A DNA stretch of 64,000 nucleotides from Eubacteriales bacterium (lineage in GTDB: Bacteria > Bacillota > Clostridia > Oscillospirales > CAG-272), in the NCBI GenBank assembly GCA_045646945.1, contig JAZRLS010000017.1, positions 4,201 through 68,200 on the forward strand, given 5' to 3'. Position numbers and translations under genes: made by a program. A model generated the notes under the pieces. It saw only the letters and a list, made by a program, of their open reading frames with translations. It had not been told where the DNA came from and made no database searches. Of this stretch, positions 8,111 to 16,079 are shown piece after piece (within the stretch, counting starts at the first letter, position 1; each line of letters starts with the position of its first letter).

Positions 8111-11100
8111 CTATTGCCGTAAGACGTCATTACGATGGACCGTATCCGCCTGGAAGGAATAGCTTACACATTTGATATACGGTGTCTGCGTGCTATCCCC
8201 CGACGCCACGGTCAAATGGAACATCGAGCCTTGGGTTTGCTTCTCTTGGTCGACAATGCCCACCGATCGTCGTATCGTAATTTGTTGGTCGTTAATTTTG
8301 TAGAATTGCCACACGTCTCCGGTAGCATCCTTTACGTTGGTGATGTCGGTATACAGCAAGCACATCGACGCGTAATACTGATTGTAATCCTCGGTCTCGG
8401 AGTTGCTTGACTCCTTTACCGTAACGATTTTTCCGGCATAATCGTATACAAAATCAATGCTGCCCAGCTTCGATCCGCTCGTACCGTCACGACCTGCCGA
8501 GGCAGTTCCGTCCGCGGAAAAGTGCACGATTTCCATCGGACCGCTGGTCGTTCCGATGATATATACGCCCTCTCCCGAAACGGTAAATTCGTAACCCACC
8601 AAAACACGCAAACCGTTGAGATAGCAACGATACGTAGTGCCGTTGTCCTCGACCAGAATATAATTGGCAGAAGCATCTGCGGTTGTCGTACCCGGCTGAT
8701 ACGGATTGGAGCGCGGAAGCTCAAACTGCTGAATCGCGTCATTCACGTTGAACGACTGTATCATACTGCCGCCCGCTTCCTCCACCTGCCACAAACCAAA
8801 GCGATAGGTGGTATCGAAGAAAGCGTCATTTTGCCCGCCTCCGTCATAATACTCGGATACGGGAATTGCCACAATCACACGAATCGTACTTGTTTTATTG
8901 GTATTAATTCGGAATGCCACACATCCCATAGGAATATTTGCTTGAACCCCGTTGGTACCTACCGGTGCCACGACCTGCTTACTGTTACCGATATCCAAAC
9001 TACCGCCCAACAGATTCACCATCGCACCGAAGCCAGGAGTCTCGGTCATATTGAATTTTTTATGCAAGTCGGCGGGAGAGGAAATAATCGTCTCGCCTTC
9101 CGCGTTCTTCCAACCAAGCTCATTTAAGGTTTTTAAGGTGTAGGAAGTGGAGGTATCCGCCACTCCGCCCGCAAAGGTATTGTTCGGCCACAAAATTGCC
9201 TCGTCGGCAATAAAGCTGAGCGAGGTCGTATTTTCTGCGGGCTCAAAGGTAATATAACCGTGGTCAATGTTATGCATTCCTTCTACCGTATAGAAATACA
9301 TGCGTCCGTTGTCAGTCTCATTGGAAGAACCGTTGAAATATCCTTCTCCATTGTACTGCACGTACCGCATTTCACCGTTGGTAAAGGAAATACGGAAATA
9401 GGGATTGCTGTTGTCATTGCTATAAGAAAGCGTAGCATCGGTAACGTTCGATACGTATCCGCGCTTCGATGCGGCTTCGGCCTGCGTTCCGCAGAAAATA
9501 TTATAATAGTTTCCCAAACTGATGCCGATAACTCTGGGATTTCGGTAAAGCAACGAAAGATATTTATTGGTTTCATCGCTCAAATTATATCCGAAAAAGC
9601 GATATGCGTTACCGTTTTTGGCTACCGTGATCTGGTATTCATTTCTCAATTCATTGAGATATTCGGCAGAACCAAGGTCAATGATATAAATCTCGTTGTT
9701 TCGAATCGCTTCGCAAAGCGTTTGGTTATGAGTTCCGTCCAGATCCTCCAAGTTGTTTTCTTCACTGTTCTCCAAGGTCTCCAAAATCGAAGCCTTTCGT
9801 GCTTCGTCAACAATACTCTGCGTCGTGGAGGTCATACGGTAAGCGTTGTCTGCCAGACCGCTATCGGTCGATCCGTTCGCAAGCGACATCATCGTCATCG
9901 AAATTCCCGCCGCAGCAGCACCGGATTGATTGGCAATAAAAATCTTCTTTCCCGCCGAAATTGCCGCATCGAGCTCACTCATTCCGAGAATCGGCTTGAC
10001 GTAAGTGACAACCGCCTTGTTTCCGCGAGAGGTATCCGCTTTCCAAGACGCATTGTTATTCTCGCCAAGGAAAATCTCGGGAGCTTGATTGTTTTTCCAA
10101 GTATCACGGAAGACGTCGGTTTGCGAGGAAAGGCAGAAAGTAAAGACACCATCGTAAAAATAATAGCGTCCCGTTGCCTCGGTTCCTCCAAAAATTCTGT
10201 TTCGGATCCACTCGGTACACAAAGGATTTCCGTCCTTGTCGGCACCGTCAATAATCATCAGATTCTGCTGATGGAAATCTTCGGGCTGAATCCGAGTCGC
10301 TGTTCCGGGCTTATAGGTGTAATATTCGTAAGGAGAGCCGTCGGTTCCCTCTCCCGTTCGGAAGAGGAAATTGGTCCAGGAATTGTTCTCCACCGTAGCG
10401 GTCATCGTACCGTCCACCTGACTGACCTGAACCAGCGTTTGGTCATCATCCAGCGTATAATACGTATTTCCGTTGCCATCCTTTTTTTCATAGATCATAA
10501 TTCCGTGATTGGTGACCTGATGCTCTCCGTCAAAATACGTATAGTGCCAAACGATCTGACCTTGGTTTCGGTTTTCAGTCGTATAGCTGTATTTCGAGAA
10601 AATCTCCGATGCCGTAACGTATCCGCGTCCGGTACCCGAAGCTAATCCACCGCCGGTTCCTGTCCCATTGACAGCAAGCAAAATATCCGCGCTGGAGGTT
10701 CCCGAACCGGTTCCTACCGTTCCGTCCTCGTTGATCACGGGATTCATATTATAGACAAATCCCATAATTCCCGTAGAAGAATAATAATTGGCATCCGTGT
10801 GAAGCAAATCAATGGCTTTCTTCTCGTCCGAGCTGTAATGAACACTGATAAATTCGATGGTAGCATACTCTACGTGCCCCGCAAGAATTCCAATGTGGTG
10901 ATCCTCGTGCGCAACCTTTTTTTGATCCTCTTCCGACAATCTTGAGTAGGTAAAGAGGTGCTCTGCCAGATTTTCAATAAAGCTGTTTTGCTTCACCGTG
11001 ACCTGCACGTCTGCCAAAAGCAGATCTCTCACCGTCGATACCGCGCCGTAAAAGCTTGTATCATAAGTAATGTTTCCGTCTGCGTCAACACTGTATTCCG

Positions 11101-11824
11101 GCTCGTTGCCAAGATACGAAATATTTCCGAAGATGCCGACGTCAAGCATATCCTCGTCCGATTGAATCAAAAGGTTATAGATGGCAGAGGTATCCGACAC
11201 CAGCGTTCCAACCGCTGTGGTTTCCTCCTGCACAAAAGCGCCACCCACGTAGCCGATAAAGGGATAGTCATCGTTTCCGATGGGTTGGATCACAATGCCC
11301 TCTCCGTCAATCGTCGTAACGGTTCCGTCGGGCGCACAAACCAAGAAATACGGCATGATCGGATTGCCGGGAGCGGCAACCGTACCGTCACCTTTATATT
11401 CCTCTCCATCATAGTTTTGAGAAATATACAACTGATAAAAATATCCGATATCCTGCAAAACCGAGAGATTTTGCAGATGTCGCAGTTCGGAAATCAAATA
11501 CGGATTTTGCGGAGACCCCCAATCCTTGGTGGGATCGTATTGATAATAGGTGACTGTCTCATTTCCCTGCGCATCGGTAGTTTTCGATTGTAAAATTCCA
11601 AGATCGGTATTGGCGGGAACCGCTTCCGCATCAATTTTATCAAACAGAAGAGAAAGATTCATTCCCAAACGTGCAATCTGCGATCCGTCTTCGGTATATA
11701 CCCTAGGTGCCGTCGAAAAATAAGCATAACTAATGAGTCCCGCAACGCTGAGCAAAACGATCATCAGCAGAATCATAACAACCGTCAGAATTCTTTTTGA
11801 GAGACTTTTTTCTCGAAATTTCAT
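8111..11824 (-). CDS. Giant (1237 aa) secreted or surface protein, function unknown
   Basis: N-terminal TM/signal segment followed by ISYAYFSTAP...ARLGMNLSL. The rest is N/T/Y/G-rich with no LPXTG and no domain I can name. RBS AGGAGG lies 6 nt upstream. Confidence 0.85.
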   Translation of the reverse strand: MKFREKSLSKRILTVVMILLMIVLLSVAGLISYAYFSTAPRVYTEDGSQIARLGMNLSLLFDKIDAEAVPANTDLGILQSKTTDAQGNETVTYYQYDPTKDWGSPQNPYLISELRHLQNLSVLQDIGYFYQLYISQNYDGEEYKGDGTVAAPGNPIMPYFLVCAPDGTVTTIDGEGIVIQPIGNDDYPFIGYVGGAFVQEETTAVGTLVSDTSAIYNLLIQSDEDMLDVGIFGNISYLGNEPEYSVDADGNITYDTSFYGAVSTVRDLLLADVQVTVKQNSFIENLAEHLFTYSRLSEEDQKKVAHEDHHIGILAGHVEYATIEFISVHYSSDEKKAIDLLHTDANYYSSTGIMGFVYNMNPVINEDGTVGTGSGTSSADILLAVNGTGTGGGLASGTGRGYVTASEIFSKYSYTTENRNQGQIVWHYTYFDGEHQVTNHGIMIYEKKDGNGNTYYTLDDDQTLVQVSQVDGTMTATVENNSWTNFLFRTGEGTDGSPYEYYTYKPGTATRIQPEDFHQQNLMIIDGADKDGNPLCTEWIRNRIFGGTEATGRYYFYDGVFTFCLSSQTDVFRDTWKNNQAPEIFLGENNNASWKADTSRGNKAVVTYVKPILGMSELDAAISAGKKIFIANQSGAAAAGISMTMMSLANGSTDSGLADNAYRMTSTTQSIVDEARKASILETLENSEENNLEDLDGTHNQTLCEAIRNNEIYIIDLGSAEYLNELRNEYQITVAKNGNAYRFFGYNLSDETNKYLSLLYRNPRVIGISLGNYYNIFCGTQAEAASKRGYVSNVTDATLSYSNDNSNPYFRISFTNGEMRYVQYNGEGYFNGSSNETDNGRMYFYTVEGMHNIDHGYITFEPAENTTSLSFIADEAILWPNNTFAGGVADTSTSYTLKTLNELGWKNAEGETIISSPADLHKKFNMTETPGFGAMVNLLGGSLDIGNSKQVVAPVGTNGVQANIPMGCVAFRINTNKTSTIRVIVAIPVSEYYDGGGQNDAFFDTTYRFGLWQVEEAGGSMIQSFNVNDAIQQFELPRSNPYQPGTTTADASANYILVEDNGTTYRCYLNGLRVLVGYEFTVSGEGVYIIGTTSGPMEIVHFSADGTASAGRDGTSGSKLGSIDFVYDYAGKIVTVKESSNSETEDYNQYYASMCLLYTDITNVKDATGDVWQFYKINDQQITIRRSVGIVDQEKQTQGSMFHLTVASGDSTQTPYIKCVSYSFQADTVHRNDVLRQ

Positions 11825-11863
11825 CCTTCTCCTCCTTTCGATATTTTTTGTTTTTTCGGCATC

Positions 11864-12670
11864 TTAATGCACCGTCAATTGAATTTCGGTATCAAACAGA
11901 ATCACACACGGCATATATGCGTTCAAAAGCTCCGATGCGGGAGCAAAAGAACTCAAATTCGGCATGATTTTGATGTAAACGTAATATTCTCCCTCGATCG
12001 GCTGATTTCCGCCGTCGTACAAATCCAACGGCGTTCCGAACATCGTCACCTCGGAAAACGGCAGTTCTTCAAACGCGGCATCGCTCGGAGAAAGGTTTTG
12101 CGCCGAGATACAGGCTTGATATTGCAAAAATGTCATTTGCTCTTGAATCGTTAGCAATTCGCGATTCAGTGAGTCATCGGTCACCTTGTATCCGTGAGAA
12201 TCGTAAAGCTGAAACGATTGTCCCAAGGTGTCACTCAGGTCTGCCGTCAAGGTGGCTGCGGAATTTCCATGCACCGCGGAATCAAAGGTAAATCGCAAGC
12301 AAACTATATTGTCCTGATTCATAATCACCAGGTTATCCACCGTACCCAACTGAAGAGATTTGATTTCAAAGATATACGCGCCCTCTTGCTCCAGCGACTC
12401 CGCCCCCGGCATTCGGAAGGCGTGAGAGTCCTGCGCATCTCCCGTCAGAGAATGCTCCACCCAACCAAGCGCTTCGGAATTGCTTTCCTCCAGCTCGGTG
12501 GAATACAACCACATCGTCGCAGTGGGGGGAGGAAGCGTTCCCACAGAAAAATCCCAAACAGAATGTCCGCTGTTCCATCCCGACAATAGCCACGCATAGG
12601 AAACAAAGATTCCGCTGATCAATAACATCAGCAAAAGGGACAAAAAAAAGCGGATACGAATTCGTTTCAT
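11864..12670 (-). CDS. Secreted protein with TasA/TapA-like N-terminal motif (first gene of operon)
   Basis: MKRIRIRFFLSLLLMLLISGIFVSYAWLLSG...DFSVGTL. RBS GGAGGG lies 8 nt upstream. 268 aa. Confidence 0.7.
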   Translation of the reverse strand: MKRIRIRFFLSLLLMLLISGIFVSYAWLLSGWNSGHSVWDFSVGTLPPPTATMWLYSTELEESNSEALGWVEHSLTGDAQDSHAFRMPGAESLEQEGAYIFEIKSLQLGTVDNLVIMNQDNIVCLRFTFDSAVHGNSAATLTADLSDTLGQSFQLYDSHGYKVTDDSLNRELLTIQEQMTFLQYQACISAQNLSPSDAAFEELPFSEVTMFGTPLDLYDGGNQPIEGEYYVYIKIMPNLSSFAPASELLNAYMPCVILFDTEIQLTVH

Positions 12671-12725
12671 TTTTTATCCCTCCTATCTGAAAATTTTATG
12701 CTCGTATGGATTCTTTTGCAGTTCG

Positions 12726-12754
12726 ATTATATCACATATTTATGAATTTTTCAA
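12726..12754 (-). promoter_or_regulatory. Sigma-A type promoter of the three-gene secreted operon
   Basis: Minus strand reads TTGAAA, a 17-nt spacer, then TGaTATAAT (extended -10). It lies about 50 nt upstream of the ATG at 12670. Confidence 0.65.
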
Positions 12755-12818
12755 TAGCTTTTAAAAATTTTCAGTCTGAGAGTTTTTCTCTCATATCGTT
12801 TGATTTTCCGTGTCTTTC

Positions 12819-12847
12819 TTGACAAATCCCGCTCGGCGTGCTATACT
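12819..12847 (+). promoter_or_regulatory. Sigma-A type promoter of the CDF transporter gene
   Basis: TTGACA (12819..12824), a 17-nt spacer, then TATACT (12842..12847). Confidence 0.6.
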
Positions 12848-12880
12848 TTTATTGAAAACAAACAAGTAAGGGGGATCCCG

Positions 12881-13786
12881 ATGAAAACTGAAAAAAATAT
12901 TCTCATCGCCTTTCTGTTAAACCTTTTCTTTTCGATCTTTGAATTCTTTGGCGGACTCTTTACGGGAAGCGTAGCGATTCTGTCCGATGCCCTGCACGAC
13001 CTCGGGGACGCGACAAGCATCGGAATTTCTTTCTTTCTGGAAAAAAAGAGCAAAAAACAGCCCGACGAGAAATACACCTACGGCTACGCGAGATACTCGG
13101 TCATCGGAAGCGTCATCACTACGCTGATTCTGCTCGTTGGCTCGGTGGCAGTCACCATCGGCGCGGTGGGACGAATTCTCTCCCCTGCCGAGATCAATTA
13201 CGACGGAATGATCCTTTTTGCCATCGTCGGCGTCGCTGTCAATCTTCTTGCGGCATTTGTAACCCGTGAAAAGGGTTCGCTCAATCAGAGAGCGGTCAAT
13301 TTGCATATGCTCGAGGATGTGCTCGGCTGGGCAGTCGTTCTTGTGGGCGCGATCGTAATGAGATTTACCGATGTTGCGATTATCGACCCGCTGATGTCGA
13401 TCGGCGTGGCAATCTTCATTTTCATTGCCGCCATCCAAAACCTCTCCGAGGTTCTTTCCCTCTTCCTTGAAAAAACGCCGCACGGTGTCGAGATTTCGGA
13501 GCTCCGTGAGCATCTTCTTGCAATTGACGGAGTCATCGACGTGCATCATATTCACGTCTGGAGTATGGACGGTGAGAGCAATTACGCCACGATGCATATC
13601 GTCACGAACGCCGAAGCGCACGAAGTCAAGCACAAGCTCCGAGAGGAGCTCTCGGAGCACGGCATCGGACACGTCACGCTCGAGCTCGAACGTGAAGGTG
13701 AGCACTGCCACGAGGAGCATTGCCACGTCGAGCACCACGACCACGGCGGACATCATCACCACCATCACCACCATCACCATCATTGA
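12881..13786 (+). CDS. czcD: Cation diffusion facilitator (CzcD/ZitB-like Zn/Co/Cd exporter) with His-rich tail
   Basis: FEFFGGLFTGSVAILSDALHDLGD and HMLEDVLGW CDF motifs. C-terminus HCHEEHCHVEHHDHGGHHHHHHHHHHH. Start set to ATG 12881, after AAGGGGG. Confidence 0.9.
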   Translation: MKTEKNILIAFLLNLFFSIFEFFGGLFTGSVAILSDALHDLGDATSIGISFFLEKKSKKQPDEKYTYGYARYSVIGSVITTLILLVGSVAVTIGAVGRILSPAEINYDGMILFAIVGVAVNLLAAFVTREKGSLNQRAVNLHMLEDVLGWAVVLVGAIVMRFTDVAIIDPLMSIGVAIFIFIAAIQNLSEVLSLFLEKTPHGVEISELREHLLAIDGVIDVHHIHVWSMDGESNYATMHIVTNAEAHEVKHKLREELSEHGIGHVTLELEREGEHCHEEHCHVEHHDHGGHHHHHHHHHHH

Positions 13787-13792
13787 ATCAAA

Positions 13793-13822
13793 AAAGGCTC
13801 CCCCTCTGGGGGAGCTTTTGCG
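13793..13822 (+). terminator. Rho-independent terminator of czcD
   Basis: AAAGGCTCCCC, loop CTCT, then GGGGAGCTTTT. Confidence 0.8.
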
Positions 13823-13828
13823 ATAGCG

Positions 13829-13905
13829 ACGGAGAGGGCATTTTCCAAAGAACCCTCTCCGTCAGGCTTCGCCTGCCACCTCTCCCAAAAGGAGAGGCTT
13901 TTTTA
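13829..13905 (+). repeat. Compact three-hairpin intergenic element
   Basis: ACGGAGAGGG...CCCTCTCCGT (13829..13862), CAGGCTTCGCCTG, and CCTCTCC-CAAAA-GGAGAGG followed by CTTTTTT. This would be a second terminator-like structure after czcD. Confidence 0.4.
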
Positions 13906-13917
13906 TGGATCAAATTC

Positions 13918-14247
13918 TCACCAAATCCCACCGTTATATTTGATCATAGCGCGGAACGTCAGGACAAGACCGACTCCGAGACCCGTAATGAGCAAAAGCG
14001 TTCCGATCAGCGAAAAAACCGCAAGTTGTGTTTTTTCATAGATAAGCATCATCGTGCCGAAGATCGTCACAGCAAGACCACAGAGAATGGTACCAAGTCC
14101 AACCATTCTGCCAAAAGGCAAGCGATCCTCTTCACGCACGCGGTGACGGTGATAGGAATGGAGAGAGGAGATATTCCCTTTCATATTCAAAAATCCCATC
14201 ACAATAAGGATAACGCCAACAAACAAGCAAGTTAAAAACGCAACCAT
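13918..14247 (-). CDS. Small multi-TM membrane protein (DUF3784-like architecture)
   Basis: 109 aa with 3-4 hydrophobic segments and a charged loop HSYHRHRVREEDRLPFGR. The family call is from memory only. Confidence 0.5.
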   Translation of the reverse strand: MVAFLTCLFVGVILIVMGFLNMKGNISSLHSYHRHRVREEDRLPFGRMVGLGTILCGLAVTIFGTMMLIYEKTQLAVFSLIGTLLLITGLGVGLVLTFRAMIKYNGGIW

Positions 14248-14259
14248 TACAATCCCCTT

Positions 14260-15207
14260 TTATACGGCATAAAGAATATGCAAATTCCGCACCGATTCGT
14301 CGGCAATACAATCGTTGACAGCGTAAGCGTGCGCCTCAAGCTCGGCACCCGAACGATCGGAAATTCCCTGCGAGCGAAGTTCGTTTGCCATCTTTTTCGC
14401 AATCTCTTCGATGATTGCCTTTTTTTTCTTGACCTCGTCGGACGTATTTCCACTCGAAATCAAGAATTCCAAATCCGTAGCACAGTCCGATAACAGCGAT
14501 AACTCCCGCAGAGCACGAAAGCTCCATTTGTAATACGGTAAATATCTGCGATTTAGTAGGAAAATCACGTGTTGAATACATTGTACAAACTCAAAAAGTG
14601 CCAACTGCGCGGCACCGCTCTCCCCACGGGAAACCGAGCGCGCATAGTTGTACTGCCCCGCCTGCGCCGCAAGCAAGAGCTTGCCCGCGAGCTTTTTTCG
14701 ACGAACGTCCTCGGGGAAATACGCAAGCCGCGCACGCGCCTCGGTCAGCGCACCAAGATCATCTCGGAAGATCCTTCCGTTCGTCAACTCGAGGAGCGAC
14801 TGTTCGGGAACAAAAAACCAATCGCGCAGAGAGAGCATGCCGTCCTCCCTGCCCGTCTTTTGCTTCAAAATCTCCGAGAGTCGCATCACTCCGTGACGGT
14901 TGCCGCCCACGGGATTCATCAAAGACCGAGACACACCCTCAAATTCCCGCGGAAGCTTGGCGTACGCCCGCTCCAATAAAAATTCCTGCTTTCGGTCCAC
15001 GAGAGATTCGTCGGGAAGAATCAGACAAAAGCCTGCTTCAAAATCGTGATCGCGCGAGATCTCGTCGTCGTAGCCAAAGCACTCCGAACCACTGCCAAAG
15101 AGCCCAACGGCAATCAAATCGCAGAGCTCGGGAAACTGCTCATAGAGCATCGGCTCGCCGTACGCAAGATAAAAGTGCTCTGAAAGTTCAAGACCGTTCT
15201 TGCTCAT
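14260..15207 (-). CDS. DUF4037 domain protein (nucleotidyltransferase-fold N-terminus)
   Basis: MSKNGLELSEHFYLAYGEPML...GLFGSGSECFGYDDEISRDHDF. Start set to ATG 15207, with GGAGG upstream. It overlaps the upstream TPR gene by 20 nt. Confidence 0.7.
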   Translation of the reverse strand: MSKNGLELSEHFYLAYGEPMLYEQFPELCDLIAVGLFGSGSECFGYDDEISRDHDFEAGFCLILPDESLVDRKQEFLLERAYAKLPREFEGVSRSLMNPVGGNRHGVMRLSEILKQKTGREDGMLSLRDWFFVPEQSLLELTNGRIFRDDLGALTEARARLAYFPEDVRRKKLAGKLLLAAQAGQYNYARSVSRGESGAAQLALFEFVQCIQHVIFLLNRRYLPYYKWSFRALRELSLLSDCATDLEFLISSGNTSDEVKKKKAIIEEIAKKMANELRSQGISDRSGAELEAHAYAVNDCIADESVRNLHILYAV

Positions 15208-15937
15208 AAATCCTCCTTGCCCGCTCCGCGAGCTCGTTTCCGTAGAAAAAGCGACCGTAATAATGAAAGACCGTCGCGCATTTTTCACACGCAAAGGCGT
15301 AATTTCCGTCACGCACCAAAACACTCTCCAAAAGAGACTCAGCACACGTAAGATGCTCCGAAATTTGCTCGTCGGCGTCGAGAAGTCCAAGCTCTTTTTC
15401 GGCAGCGGTCGCAAGATTGAGATGCGTGATCGCTGCCTCGGCTTCGCCGCCCTCGCACGCCATCATCACCGAAAGAGCACGCGAGTAAAGCTCCCGCGCC
15501 TCGGAAAAGCGACCAAGCTCCACGAGAGTCAACCCCATATTGTTGTAAAGCCCGCCAAGACGGCGATCCTGTCCGTTTAGCTCTGCTTCGTAGATCCCTC
15601 TTGCCTTCTCAAAGAGAGAGAGCCCCTGCTCTGCCATGCCAAACGCACAGTACACGGTGGCGGCGTTGAGATAGGTCGTCGCCGCACCGACCTGATGCGA
15701 GATCCCCATCTCATCGATCTTCGAAAGAACCTCGTTTACCACACGAAGTGCCTCGTCCCGACGACCGAGCTTTCGGTAAATGCCCATCCGCTCGTTCTGC
15801 ACGAGAATCTCGGTACGCCCGTCATGCTCAGCCCTCGCCTCGGAAAGCCAAAAGGTGAGATGCCGCTCCGCCGACATATAGTCGTTCCGATGCAAATATT
15901 CATCTAATTTTCCAAGAATCCGATCGATAGAAATCAT
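15188..15937 (-). CDS. Tetratricopeptide-repeat protein
   Basis: 249 aa of repeated A/L/Y-rich helical pairs (LGRRDEALRVVNEVL, YNNMGLTLVELGRFSEARELYSRAL). RBS GGGAGG. Confidence 0.7.
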   Translation of the reverse strand: MISIDRILGKLDEYLHRNDYMSAERHLTFWLSEARAEHDGRTEILVQNERMGIYRKLGRRDEALRVVNEVLSKIDEMGISHQVGAATTYLNAATVYCAFGMAEQGLSLFEKARGIYEAELNGQDRRLGGLYNNMGLTLVELGRFSEARELYSRALSVMMACEGGEAEAAITHLNLATAAEKELGLLDADEQISEHLTCAESLLESVLVRDGNYAFACEKCATVFHYYGRFFYGNELAERARRIYEQERS

Positions 15938-15963
15938 CCCACACCTCCCTACCTTTTTATTTT

Positions 15964-15992
15964 ATTATATCATAAAAAAAACGAATTGTCTA
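15964..15992 (-). promoter_or_regulatory. Promoter of the TPR-DUF4037 operon
   Basis: Minus strand reads TAGACA, a 17-nt spacer, then TGaTATAAT. Confidence 0.5.
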
Positions 15993-16013
15993 TTCCTATA
16001 ATGAAACAAAAAG

Positions 16014-16045
16014 CTGAGTCAAAGCTAAAAAATGCTTTGACTCAG
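16014..16045 (-). terminator. Terminator ending the polysaccharide operon
   Basis: CTGAGTCAAAGC pairs with GCTTTGACTCAG, followed by TTTTTGTTT on the minus strand. It lies 35 nt after the stop at 16080. Confidence 0.75.
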
Positions 16046-16079
16046 TGCTTTCATATATGTATATTATCCACCTTAGGGA

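Noticed and set aside
9260-10645. 461-aa plus-strand ORF inside the giant-protein gene.
   Set aside because: It is antisense to a 1237-aa ORF that has an RBS and a signal segment. Its own product is R/S/V/I-rich low-complexity sequence, with no RBS and no recognisable motif. This is typical of an antisense open frame.
13741-13783. A run of 11 consecutive His codons at the czcD 3' end, which could be mistaken for an engineered His-tag or vector contamination.
   Set aside because: CDF exporters naturally carry His-rich cytoplasmic tails. The run mixes CAC and CAT codons and is preceded by further native H/C/E-rich sequence. No vector-like sequence flanks it.
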